Source of the DNA: Eledone cirrhosa
Taxonomy: Eukaryota
DNA: 64,000 nt
Assembly: GCA_964016885.1 (NCBI GenBank)
Contig: OZ024743.1
Coordinates: forward strand, 344,658,001-344,722,000
Direction of reading: 5' to 3'
Below the pieces are notes generated by a model. The model was given only the letters and a program-made list of their open reading frames with translations. It did no database searches and was not told the DNA's origin. This document shows, piece after piece, positions 15,001-27,205 of the stretch. The stretch's first letter is position 1. Each line of letters opens with the position of its first letter. A program made the position numbers and the translations under genes.

Positions 15001-18000
15001 TTACTACTGTTGTTGACGTTGTTGTTGTTTCTACTGTAATTGACGTTATTTTCGTTACTACAGTTATTGACGTTGTTGTTGATACTACTGTTGTTGACGT
15101 TGTTGTTGTTACTACTGCTTTTGACGCTGTTATTGTTACTACTGTTGATGACGTTGTTGTTGTTACTAATGTTTTTGACGTTGTTATTGTTACTACTGTT
15201 GTTGACGTTGTTATTGTTACTACTGTAATTGACGTTGTTGTTGTAACTACTGTTGTTGACGTTGTTGTTTTTACTAATGTTGTTGACGTTGTTGTTGTTT
15301 CTACTGTAATTGACGTTGTTATTGTTACTACTGTTGTTGACGTTGTTATTGTTACTACTGTAATTGACGTTGTTGTTACTACTGTTGTTGACGTTGTTGT
15401 TGTTTCTACTGTAATTGACGTTGTTATTGTTACTACTGTTGTTGACGTTGTTGTTGTTCCTACTGTTATTGACGTTGTTGTTGTTACTACTGTTGTTGAC
15501 GTTGTTGTTGTTACTAATGTTGTTGATGTTGTTGTTGTTACTACTGTTGTTGACGTTGTTGTTACTACTGTTGTTGACGTTGTTAGTGTTACTAATGTTG
15601 TTGACGTTGTTGTTGTTACTACTGTTGTTGACATTATTGTTGTTACTAGTTGTTGACGTTGTTGTTACTACTGTTTTTGACGTTTTTTTTGTTACTACTG
15701 CTGTTAACGTTGTTACTGTTACTATTGTTGTTGAGGTTGTTATTGTTACCACTACTGCCGTTGACGTTGTTATTGTTACTACTGTTGTTGACGTTATTTT
15801 CGTTACTACTGTTATTGACGTTGTTGTTGTTACTACTGTTGTTGACGTTGTTATTGTTACTACTGTTGTTGACGTCGTTATTGTTACTACTGTTGTTGAC
15901 GTTGTTGTTGTTACTACTGTTGTTGACGTTATTTTCGTTACTACTGTTATTGACGTTGTTGTTGTTACTACTGTCGTTGACGTTGTTGTTGTTACTACTG
16001 TTGTTGACGTTATTGTTGTTACTACAATTGTTGACGTTGTTATTGTTACTACTGTTTTTGACGTTTTTGTTACTACTGTTGTTGACGTTGTTGTTGGTAC
16101 TACTGCTTTTGATGCTGTTATTGTTACTATTGTTGTTGACGTTGTTACTGATGTTGTTGACGTTATTGTTGTTACTACTGTTGTTGACGTTGTCATTGTT
16201 ACTACTGTTGTTGACGTTGTTATTGTTACTACTGTTGTTGACGTTGTTATTTTTACTACTGTTGTTGACGTTATTGTTGTTACTACTGTTGTTTACGTTG
16301 TTGATTTTACTACTGTTGTTGACGTTGTTGTTGTTTCTACTGTAATTGACGTTATTTTCGTTACTACAGTTATTGACGTTGTTGTTGATACTACTGTTGT
16401 TGACGTTGTTATTGTTACTACTGTTGTTGACGTTGTTGTTGTTACTACTGCTTTTGACGCTGTTATTGTTACTACTGTTGTTGACGTTGTTGTTGTTACT
16501 ATTGCTTTGACGCTGTTATTGTTACTACTGTTGATGACGTTGTTGTTGTTACTAATGTTTTTGACATTGTTATTGTTACTACTGTTGTTGACGTTGTTAT
16601 TGTTACTACTGTAATTGACGTTGTTGTTGTAACTACTGTTGTTGACGTTGTTGTTTTTACTAATGTTGTTGACGTTGTTGTTGTTTCTACTGTAATTGAC
16701 GTTGTTATTGTTACTACTGTTGTTCACGTTGTTATTGTTACTACTGTAATTGACGTTGTTGTTACTACTGTTGTTGACGTTGTTGTTTCTACTGTAATTG
16801 ACGTTGTTATTGTTACTACTGTTGTTGACGTTGTTGTTGTTACTAATGTTATTGACGTTGTCGTTACTACTGTTGTTGACGTTGTTGTTGTTGTTACTAA
16901 TGTTGTTGATGTTGTTGTTGTTACTACTGTTGTTGACGTTGTTGTTACTACTGTTGTTGACGTTATTAGTGTTACTAATGTTGTTGACGTTGTTGTTACT
17001 ACTGGTGTTGACATTATTGTTGTTACTACTGTTGTTGACGTTGTTGTTACTACTGTTTTTGACGTTGCTTTTGTTACTACTGCTGTTAACGTTGTTATTG
17101 TTACTATTGTTGTTGACGTTGTTATTGTTACCACTACTGCCGTTGACGTTGTTATTGTTACTACTGTTGTTGACGTTATTTTCGTTACTACTGTTATTTA
17201 CGTTGTTGTTGTTACTACTGTTGTTGACGTTGTTATTGTAACTACTGTTGTTGACGTCGTTATTGTTACTACTGTTGTTGACGTTGTTGTTGTTACTACT
17301 GGTGTTGACGTTATTTTCGTTACTACTGTTATTGACGTTGTTGTTGTTACTACTGTTGTTGACGTTGTTATTGTTACTACTGTCGTTGACGTTGTTCTTG
17401 TTACTACTGTTGTTGACGTTATTGTTGTTACTACAATTGTTGACGTTGTTATTGTTACTACTGTTGTTGACGTTTTTGTTACTACTGTTGTTGACGCTGT
17501 TGTTGGTACTACTGCTTTTGATGCTGTTATTGTTACTATTGTTGTTGACGTTGTTGTTACTGATGTTGTTGACGTCATTGTTGTTACTACTGTTGTTGAC
17601 GTTGTCATTGTTACTACTGTTGTTGACGTGGTTATTGTTACTACTGTTGTTGACGTTGTTATTTTTACTACTGTTGTTGACGTTATTGTTGTTACTACTG
17701 TTGTTTACGTTGTTGTTTTTACTACTGTTGTTGACGTTGTTGTTGTTTCTACTGTAATTGACGTTGTTATTGTTACTACTGTTGTTGACGTTGTTATTGT
17801 TACTACTGTTGTTGACGTTGTTGTTGTTACTACTGCTTTTAACGCTGTTATTGTTACTACTGTTGTTGACAGTATTGTTGTTACTACTGTTGTTAACGTT
17901 GTTATTAGTACTGTTGTTGACGTTGTTGTTGTTACTACTGTTGTTGACGTTGTTATTTTTACTACTGTTCATGACGTTGTTGTTACTACTGTTGTTGACG

Positions 18001-21000
18001 TTGTTGTTACTACTGTTATTGACGTTGTTGTTATAACAACTGTTACTGACGTTGTTGTTGTTACTACTGTTGTTGACGTTGTTATTACTACTGTTGTTGA
18101 CGTTGTTGTTGTTACTACTGTTGTTGACGTTGTTATTGTTACTACTGTCGTTCACGATGTTGTTATTACTACTGTTGTTGACGTTATTGTTGTTACTACA
18201 ATTGTTGACGTTGTCATTGTTACTACTGTTGTTGACGTTGTTATTGTTACTACTGTTGTTGACGTTGTTATTTTTACTACTGTTGTTGACGTTATTGTTG
18301 TTACTACTGTTGTTTACGTTGTTGTTTTTACTACTGTTGTTGACGTTGTTGTTGTTTCTACTGTTGTTGACGTTGTTGTTTTTACTACTGTTGTTGACGT
18401 TGTTGTTTCTACTGTAATTGACGTTGTTATTGTTACTACTGTTGTTGACGTTGTTGTTGTTACTACTGTTATTGACGTTGTTGTTGTTACTACTGTTGTT
18501 GACGTTGTTGTTGTTGTTACTAATGTTGTTGATGTTGTTGTTACTACTGTTGTTGACGTTGTTGTTACTACTGTTGTTGACGTTGTTAGTGTTACTAACG
18601 TTGTTGACGTTGTTGTTGTTACTACTGTTGTTGACATTATTGTTGTTACTACTGTTGTTGACGTTGTTGTTACTACTGTTTTTGACGTTGTTTTTGTTAC
18701 TACTGCTGTTAACGTTGTTATTGTTACTATTGTTGTTGACGTTGTTATTGTTACCACTACTGCCGTTGACGTTGTTATTGTTACTACTGTTGTTGACGTT
18801 ATTTTCGTTACTACTGTTATTGACGTTGTTGTTTTTACTACTGTTGTTGACGTTGTTATTGTTACTACTGTTGTTGACGTCGTTATTGTTACTACTGTTG
18901 TTGACGTTGTTGTTGTTACTACTGTTGTTGACGTTATTTTCGTTACTACTGTTATTGACGTTGTTGTTGTTACTACTGTTGTTGACGTTGTTATTGTTAC
19001 TACTGTCCTTGACGTTGTTGTTGTTACTACTGTTGTTGACGTTATTGTTGTTACTACAATTGTTGACGTTGTTATTGTTACTACTGTTGTTGACGTTTTT
19101 GTTACTACTGTTGTTGACGTTGTTGTTGGTACTACTGCTTTTGATGCTGTTATTGTTACTATTGTTGTTGACGTTGTTGTTACTGATGTTGTTGACGTTA
19201 TTGTTGTTACTACTGTTGTTTACGTTGTTGTTTTTACTACTGTTGTTGACGTTGTTCTTGTTTCTACTGTAATTGACGTTGTTATTGTTACTACTGTTGT
19301 TGACGTTGTTATTGTTAATACTGTTGTTGACGTTGTTGTTACTACTGCTTTTGACGCTGTTATTGTTACTACTGTTGATGACGTTGTTACTAATGTTTTT
19401 GACGTTGTTATTGTTACTACTGTTGTTGACGTTGTTATTGTTACTAATGTAATTGACGTTGTTGTTGTAACTACTGTTGTTGACGTTGTTGTTTTTACTA
19501 ATGTTGTTGACGTTGTTGTTGTTTCTACTGTAATTGACGTTGTTATTGTTTCTACTGTTGTTGACGTTGTTATTGTTACTACTGTAATTGACGTTGTTGT
19601 TACTACTGTTGTTGACGTTGTTGTTGTTTCTACTGTAATTGACGTTGTTATTGTTACTACTGTTGTTGACGTTGTTGTTACTACTGTTATTGACGTTGTT
19701 GTTACTACTGTTGTTGACGTTGTTGTTGTTGTTACTAATGTTGTTGATGTTGTTGTTGTTACTACTGTTGTTGACGTTGTTGTTACTACTGTTGTTGACG
19801 TTGTTAGTGTTACTAATGTTGTTGACGTTGTTGTTGTTACTACTGTTGTTGACATTATTGTTGTTACTACTGTTGTTGACGTTGTTGTTACTACTGTTTT
19901 TGACGTTGTTTTTGTTACTTCTGCTGTTAACGTTGTTATTGTTACTATTGTTGTTGACGTTGTTATTGTTACCACTACTGCCGTTGACGTTGTTATTGTT
20001 ACTACTGTTGTTGTCGTTATTTTCGTTACTACTGTTATTGACGTTGTTGTTGTTACTACTGTTGTTGACGTTGTTATTGTTACTACTGTTGTTGACGTCG
20101 TTATTGTTACTACTGTTGTTGACGTTGTTGTTGTTACTACTGTTGTTGACGTTATTTTCCTTACTACTGTTATTGACGTTGTTGTTGTTACTACTGTTGT
20201 TGACGTTGTTATTGTTACTACTGTTGTTGACGTTGTTATTGTTACTACTGTTGTTGACGTTGTTATTGTTACTACTGTTGTTGACGTTATTTTCGTTACT
20301 ACTGTTATTGACGTTGTTGTTGTTACTACTGATGTTTACGTTGCTATTGTTACTACTGTTGTTGACGTTATTGTTGTTACTACTATTGTTTACGTTGTTA
20401 TTGTTACTACTGTTGTTGACGTTGTTATTTTTACTACTATTGTTTACGTTGTTATTGTTACTACTGTTGTTGACGTTGTTATTGTTACTACTGTTGTTGA
20501 CGTTGTTTTTGTTACTACTGTTGTTGACGTTGTTATTGTTACTACTATTGTTTACGTTGTTATTGTTACTACTGTTGTTGACGTTGTTATTGTTACTACT
20601 GTTGTTGACGTTGTTATTGTTACTACTGTTGTTGACGTTGTTATTGTTACTACTATTTTTACGTTGTTATTGTTACTACTGTTGTTGACGTTGTTATTGT
20701 TACTACTGTTGTTGACGTTGTTATTGTTACTACTGTTGTTGACGTTGTTATTGTTACTACTGTTGTTGACGTTATTATTGTTACTACTATTGTTTACGTT
20801 GTTATTGTTACTACTGTTGTTGACGTTGTTATTGTTACTACTGTTGTTGACGTTGTTATTGTTACTACTATTGTTTACGTTGTTATTGTTACTACTGTTG
20901 TTGACGTTGTTATTGTTACTACTGTTGTTGACGTTGTTGTTGTTACTACTGTTGTTGACGTTGTTATTGTTACTACTATTGTTTACGTTGTTATTGTTAC

Positions 21001-21960
21001 TACTGTTGCTGACGTTGTTATTGTTACTACTGTTGTTGACGTTGTTATTGTTACTACTGTTGTTGACGTTGTTATTGTTACTACTATTGTTTACGTTGTT
21101 ATTGTTACTACTGTTGTTGACGTTGTTATTGTTACTACTGTTGTTGACGTTGTTATTGTTACTACTGTTGTTGACGTTGTTATTGTTACTACTATTGTTT
21201 ACGTTGTTATTGTTACTACTGTTGTTGACGTTGTTATTGTTACTACTGTTGTTGACGTTGTTATTGTTACTACCATTGTTTACATTGTTATTGTTACTAC
21301 TGTTGTTGACGTTGTTATTGTTACTACTGTTGTTGACGTTGTTATTGTTACTACTGTTGTTGACGTTGTTATTGTTACTACTGTTGTTGACGTTGTTATT
21401 GTTACTACTATTGTTTACGTTGTTATTGTTACTACTGTTGTTGACGTTGTTATTGTTACTACTGTTGTTGACGTTGTTATTGTTACTACTATTGTTTACG
21501 TTGTTATTGTTACTACTGTTGTTGACGTTGTTATTGTTACTACTGTTGTTGACGTTGTTGTTGTTACTACTGTTGTTGACGTTGTTATTGTTACTACTAT
21601 TGTTTACGTTGTTATTGTTACTACTGTTGCTGACGTTGTTATTGTTACTACTGTTGTTGACGTTGTTATTGTTACTACTGTTGTTGACGTTGTTATTGTT
21701 ACTACTATTGTTTACGTTGTTATTGTTACTACTGTTGTTGACGTTGTTATTGTTACTACTGTTGTTGACGTTGTTATTGTTACTACTGTTGTTGACGTTG
21801 TTATTGTTACTACTGTTGTTGACGTTGTTATTGTTACTACTATTGTTTACGTTGTTATTGTTACTACTGTTGTTGACGTATTTATTGTTACTACTGTTGT
21901 TGACGTTGTTGTTACTACTGTCGTTGACGTTGTTGTTTTACTACTGTTGTTGACGTTGAT
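1..21960. repeat. Satellite array, 27-bp consensus GACGTTGTTATTGTTACTACTGTTGTT (24-30 bp variants), with higher-order structure; runs off the left edge of the window
   Basis: Continuous tandem units. Diagnostic variant units recur: ACCACTACTGCC near 230, 2315, 3395, 4832, 8052, 9571, 14264, 15753, 17135, 18758, 19976; TTCATGAC near 1037, 5586, 6875, 12901, 17970. The array decays into unique sequence at ~21960. Confidence 0.98.
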
Positions 21961-22197
21961 GTCGTTACTGCTTCCGCTGTTGCCTTCGGTGGTGTCTGTT
22001 GTGGTTTATAATGGAGATGTTGGTGGTGAGCATGTCAATATTATTATGATCAAGATGGGCAGAAGGAAGAAAAGGAGAAAACGACGATGCTGCTGCTGCT
22101 GTTGCTGTTGCTGCTGCTGATGATGATGATGATGATGACGGTGATGATGATAATGAAGGGGAGCATCGGTGGTTAAGATATTGATGTTAATTATAAT

Positions 22198-22383
22198 AAT
22201 TGTTTCTACTTTTAGCACCAGGCCAGCAATCCCTTCAATGCATTACTGGTACCGTACTTTATTTTGTCAATCCCGTAAGGATAAAAGACAAAGTTAACCA
22301 CGGTGGGATTCGAACTCAAACCCTAAAGGTACGTATCTCTATGCTGGAAAGCATGGTGTCCGACCCTCTACGGATAATGACAA
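22198..22383 (-). mobile_element. tRNA-derived SINE (main family), diverged copy
   Basis: Reverse complement of the family sequence seen at 27018 and 56211 (B-box GAGTTCGAATCC, CCTTACGGG, tail GTAGAAACAATT). Confidence 0.88.
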
Positions 22384-22811
22384 CTTAATGATAATATTGA
22401 TATTAAAGCAGTTCTAATCGGCGCTCTATTTTATTATTCAATATGAATCTAAAACTATTATAATCTTGTGATTATTTTTTTTTATTATGCTTTTGTAGAC
22501 GTTGTTGTTGTTGTTGCTCTCTCTCTCTTCTGCACATTCTCACAGGTCAGATTGTTTGTATATGCATGCAAAACCGTAAACAGTGAACAACACACCAAAC
22601 AATACAATACAATGAAGCTATATATTAGTTTAACTCTTCATATAGTAGGAAAAGATGCACCCCCCCTATATATATATATAACGGTCAGAAACCCACACAG
22701 CTTTGTAAAGACCAACAACAAATACGCACGCACCTTTACATTCACTACTCTGTACAGACAAGTAACTAATACACACGCGCACACACACATACGCACACAT
22801 ATACACACTCA

Positions 22812-22844
<33 letters not shown>

Positions 22845-23196
22845 CCTCTCTCTCTTTCTTCCTCTCTCTCTTAAACATATATATGTGCACACACATATCC
22901 TCATAGCTTCGTTCAGGTAAACAGCAAACACACACACTCACACATATACAAAATGATTTTTTTTTCTTTTTCAGCGAAGACACCTTTGATCACCGCCTTT
23001 TAAAACACGGCCAACTGAACTTCATCAGATTCTACAGTTTGCCAAGGGATGGCGACTTGAATAGATCTGTTTTTTTTTCTTTTTCTCAAATAATCTTTCG
23101 TTTCGTTTCTGCTATTATTCGTTTCATCCACTTTTCTATTTCTTTAATTCCTCACTGTATTTTTTTATGAAGGACTAGTCTCCGAAATGTTAACAA

Positions 23197-23330
<134 letters not shown>

Positions 23331-23414
23331 CCGATTAACTCACTCGATATGCAAATTAGGCTGCTCAGCCGTTAATGTGCATAAGGAAAGTATATACTTT
23401 CAGACGTCCAATCA

Positions 23415-23680
23415 TCTGGCGGGAAGGTATACGGTGCTGCTAATAAGCTTGAAACTAGTACATCGTTCCTTTGTCAGTGTTGAACAAATGGGCAACGATG
23501 GTTGCTAAACACTGTACAGCTTAATTCGGGATGTTTGTTTGTTTACAAACAAACCGAGCATTATAATAAATGTTCGGTAAATCCATACGTACATATATAT
23601 ATGTGTGCATGTATGTATATATATATATACATACTACTGTACGTCTGTACACATATATGTATGTACGTATACATACTTAT
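23415..23680 (+). repeat. Dispersed repeat, second copy at ~34403-34660
   Basis: Both copies share GAAGGTATACG..GCTAATAAGC.TGAAACTAGTACA.CGTTCCTTTGTCAGTGTTGAACAAA...CATACTACTGTACGTCTGTA. Confidence 0.85.
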
Positions 23681-23767
23681 ATTTAAGTAACAGCCGTACT
23701 AAGAGTGAGAAATGAAATTTCGTTTCATTTTTTCCATTTATATATATATATATATATACTTATTTGA

Positions 23768-23908
23768 TTAAGGCTAAATTGTGAGTCTTATTATTCTGGA
23801 GTTTCGCCTGTTTACCACAGGGTCATCACACACGAACTGTTCTTGTCTGATGACCCTTTGATAAAAAGGTGGAACTCCAGAGTCATAAAACTCACTATTT
23901 AGCCTTAA
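23768..23908. mobile_element. Fold-back Penelope-type pLTR remnant with two inverted, degenerate hammerhead motifs
   Basis: Imperfect palindrome (TTAAGGCTAAAT...ATTTAGCCTTAA). Plus strand reads CTGATGA-CCCTTTGATAAAAAGGT-GGAAC-TCCAGA-GTC; minus strand reads GTGATGA-CCCTGTGGTAAACAGGC-GAAAC-TCCAGA-ATA. Confidence 0.7.
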
Positions 23909-23999
23909 TAAAATGAATATTAAAATTCCACTTCGTTATTAAGTACTCTTTTCTCTCAGCCGTCAACCACATACGGATAAATATATATATATATATATG

Positions 24000-24061
<62 letters not shown>

Positions 24062-24072
24062 TGTGCGTGCAT

Positions 24073-24435
24073 GTGATAGGTGCGTTACTACAGTTACAGG
24101 CCGCGCTCCGGTCGAAGCACTCAATGCTGTTACGAATTTGTACATATGCTGCAGCACTGACTTCAATTATTTCTCTCGCTTCTCCCCCACCACCTCTCTC
24201 TCTCTGTATATATATATATATATACAAATAAATTATCGAGAATCGGAACCTCGGCCCACGAAATAACGAAACACAATCTTCGAAATGTGTGGCAAAGTGC
24301 TCAATAGTTTGGATAAACCAGAGCTATAACTAACGTTTAAATACCAACACACTGAGACGATGCTTAAACAATCATTCGCACAGCCGAAAATACGACCAAG
24401 AAAATTCGGGTCAGACAAATAAAAATATATATGAA

Positions 24436-24468
<33 letters not shown>

Positions 24469-24546
24469 GCAGTATATGTACAAATTGGTAACAGCATCGA
24501 GTGCTTCTACTGGAGAGCGCCTCCTGTAATTGTAGTTACGCTCCTA

Positions 24547-24550
<4 letters not shown>
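24073..24550. repeat. Inverted repeat, ~85-bp arms (24073-24156 and 24465-24550), flanked by (GT)n and (AC)n
   Basis: GTGATAGG...GAAGCACTCAATGCTGTTACGAATTTGTACATAT matches the reverse complement of ATATGTACAAATTGGTAACAGCATCGAGTGCTTC...CCTATCAC. Confidence 0.85.
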
Positions 24551-24604
<54 letters not shown>

Positions 24605-24677
24605 ACATTTATGTATATATATATATATATATATATGAATGAAAAATGGCGTGCTGCGTTGTTGCGAATATGAACAT

Positions 24678-25012
24678 ATGAATAAAAATAGACCGAAAAA
24701 CAGGAATAGTCCTTCATCAGTAGTCTGCTGATTCTCATTTGTATTTCTTCGCATTAAAGACTAGATACCTAAAATCAGTGCGAGCGATGTCTAAATTAAG
24801 GTCACAAGATTCATTGACTTGTCTCTCTTTTCCTCTCTTTGCGTTGCCTTACTACCATGTTGTTTGTTCACTTTCCTCTTCTCCGATAACTTAATTTAGT
24901 CATCGCTCGCACTGATTTTAGGTATCTAGTCTTTAATGCGAAGAAATACCAATGAGAATCAGCAGACTACTGATGAAGGACTTTTCCTGTTTCTCGGTCT
25001 ATTTTTATTCAT
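24678..25012. repeat. Inverted repeat, ~123-bp arms (24678-24800 and 24890-25012), ~90-bp spacer, between (TA)n tracts
   Basis: CATTAAAGACTAGATACCTAAAATCAGTGCGAGCGATG pairs with CATCGCTCGCACTGATTTTAGGTATCTAGTCTTTAATG; few mismatches along the arms. Confidence 0.92.
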
Positions 25013-25013
25013 T

Positions 25014-25056
<43 letters not shown>

Positions 25057-25059
<3 letters not shown>

Positions 25060-25316
25060 GGGGCTCCCAAAGGAGCACTGAGTGCAATGTCAACTCTGGA
25101 TGTCGGTGAGCATGTCCAGCTAACCTCAGTCTCCTCTGTGTCACTTTTGAGCTGACTTTTGACATGGACACACTAGAGGAAGACCAAGGTTAACGTATGT
25201 TGATGCCCTAAGGACAGACTCTGGCCTGTTGGAGACGCAGGACATGGCAGCGATAATGAGGGATAGAGACCGCTGGAGAGAACTCGTCCATGGATCTCGG
25301 GAATTTTACCCGCCTT

Positions 25317-25320
<4 letters not shown>
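25057..25320 (+). mobile_element. 5'-truncated, 5'-inverted RTE-group LINE 3' end (copy 1) in (TA)n
   Basis: 25057-25161 reads [35 protein letters not shown] on the minus strand. 25162-25320 continues on the plus strand HGHTRGRPRLTYVDALRTD...REFYPP* followed by TAGAT. Confidence 0.88.
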
Positions 25321-25356
<36 letters not shown>

Positions 25357-25599
25357 GATCAAAATTATTTCCGTTTTTAACCTTATCATCATCTTCAATA
25401 CCACTCCAGCCATATCAATTCAATCATCATCATTACCATCATAATCAACATCCCGTTTGCGAGCATCACCGCCATCACTACATTAACACCTCCTATCCTC
25501 AACAACACATCAACCCTCATCATTAGTGTTAACATCACTTACATCACCACAGCCAGCATCACCATGGCGATCACGAAGTCGACGACTACCACCGCATCA

Positions 25600-26335
25600 C
25601 TACAATCAGAAGAGCCAACACCACCACCACAGCGTCACACCACCGTAGCACCCCACCACCACAGCGTCACAACAACCACCACCACCCCCACCACTACCAC
25701 CACCACCACCACCACAATGCCACCACCACCACAGCGCCACACCACCACCACAGCGCCACAACCACCTCCACAGCGCCACAACCACCTCCACAGCGCCACA
25801 CCACCACCACAGCGCCTCACCACCCCCACAGCGCCACAACTACCACCACAGCGCCACAACACCACCACAGCGCCACAACTACCTCCACAGCGTCACAGTA
25901 CAACCACAGCGCCACAACCACCACCACAGCGTCACACCACCACCACAGCGCCACACCACCACAGCACCCCACCACCAGAGCGCCACAACCACCACCACCA
26001 TAGCACCACAACTACCACCACAGCCCCACACGACCACAACACCCCACCACCAGAGCGCCACAACCACCTCCACCACAGCGCCACAACCACCACCACAGCT
26101 CCACCACCACCACCACCACCACCACCACCACAACCACCACCACAACCAATCCTACTACTACATCACTACAGTCAGCACAACCAACACCACCACCACAGCG
26201 CCACACCAACACCGCAGCACCCGACCACGACAGCTCCACAACCACCACCTCCACAAACATCACCACCTTTACCAACTCCACCACCACACCACACCACCAC
26301 CACAGCTCCACAACCACTACCACCACCACTAGCAC
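25600..26335. repeat. (CCA)-derived minisatellite, ~18/36-bp units such as CCACCACAGCGCCACAAC
   Basis: CACAGCGCCACA recurs in an ACC-rich background. Confidence 0.88.
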
Positions 26336-26433
26336 CTGTACTTTACAAAGCATAATTAACGATATCATCGCCATTGTTAATTTTATCTTATCTATTATCT
26401 AATACATTTATATTTGAAGTATTTAACTTACAT

Positions 26434-26506
<73 letters not shown>

Positions 26507-26579
26507 AAGAACAATATAAGCACGATCTTATCGTTTCTCGGCTTTCTTTCTCATCCAGTGTATCCGTGTGTTTTCTGTT

Positions 26580-26633
<54 letters not shown>

Positions 26634-26636
26634 GTC
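26434..26636. repeat. (TAC)n and (CAT)n trinucleotide microsatellites
   Basis: Perfect tracts at ~26434-26506 and ~26580-26632. Confidence 0.95.
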
Positions 26637-26657
26637 GTAAATACCAGCTTCCTTTCC

Positions 26658-26802
26658 TATATCTTTGTTACCGTTTCTTCTTGCCATCTTACCTGATGAC
26701 ACTTTCTCTGCTAAGTTATATACATATATATATATATATAACCAACTTAGCAGAGAAAGTATCATCTGGTAAGATGGTAAGAAGAAACGGTAACAAATAT
26801 AT
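26658..26802. repeat. Inverted repeat, ~60-bp arms around a TA spacer
   Basis: TTTGTTACCGTTTCTTCTTGCCATCTTACC...CTTTCTCTGCTAAGTT pairs with AACTTAGCAGAGAAAG...GGTAAGATGGTAAGAAGAAACGGTAACAAA. Confidence 0.9.
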
Positions 26803-26865
26803 TTATATACATATATAGTAAAAGAATGAAGAATAACATGGTCGGCTGTACAAAAGGGTTTATTT

Positions 26866-26980
26866 ACAGTATTAACAATTGTTTCTTTAATTAGATGAGT
26901 CTAAAAGCCGCTGATCGTTAGAGGTTACGTCACTCGACCTTAATTACAGTCCATGCCCGATCAAATTATCAGAGTACTGT
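26866..26980 (-). ncRNA. Degenerate type I hammerhead ribozyme candidate
   Basis: Minus strand reads ACAGTACT-CTGATAA-TTTGAT...ATTAAA-GAAAC-AATT-GTT-AATACTGT. Stem I and the palindromic stem III are present, but the core has a C3/A8 mismatch. Confidence 0.5.
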
Positions 26981-27017
26981 TAATAATAATATAATAATAT
27001 AATATTATAATAATATA

Positions 27018-27205
27018 AGGCGGTGGATTGGCAGTATCGGTAGAGGGTCGGACGCCATGCTTTCCAGCATAGATATGTCCCTTTACGATCTGAGTTCAAA
27101 TCCCGCCGAGGTTGACTTTGCCTTTCATCCTTACGGGGTCGATAAAATAAAGTACCAGTAATGCACTGGGTAATTGCTGGCCTTGTGCCTAAAGTAGAAA
27201 CAATT
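27018..27205 (+). mobile_element. tRNA-derived SINE (main family)
   Basis: A-box-like GGCGGTGGATTGGCAGTATCGGTAG, B-box GAGTTCAAATCC, central CCGAGGTTGACTTTGCCTTTCATCCTTACGGGGTCGATAAAATAAAGTACCAG, tail GTAGAAACAATT; resembles octopus SINEs from memory. Confidence 0.93.

Noticed and set aside
6-21953. Poly-Leu, Val/Thr-rich and mucin-like Thr-rich ORFs
   Set aside because: By-products of a triplet-based satellite. The Leu and Thr frames hit recurrent stops, and ORFs switch frame at indels.
1-21960. CRISPR-like array
   Set aside because: No unique spacers, no cas genes, eukaryotic context.
22960-23070. Strong splice acceptor TTTTTCTTTTTCAG followed by a short open frame
   Set aside because: No recognisable protein and no clear donor; cannot be supported without RNA data.
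24965-25000. CTGATGAAGG as a hammerhead core (also CTGATGAC at ~26692)
   Set aside because: No downstream GAAA or cleavage triplet in the right geometry.
25564-26355. 263-aa Pro/Thr/His-rich ORF
   Set aside because: Coincides with a CCA minisatellite that cannot easily form stops; the repeat drifts between frames.
27018-27110. tRNA genes at A-box/B-box sites
   Set aside because: These are SINE heads that continue into SINE core and tail; no complete cloverleaf.
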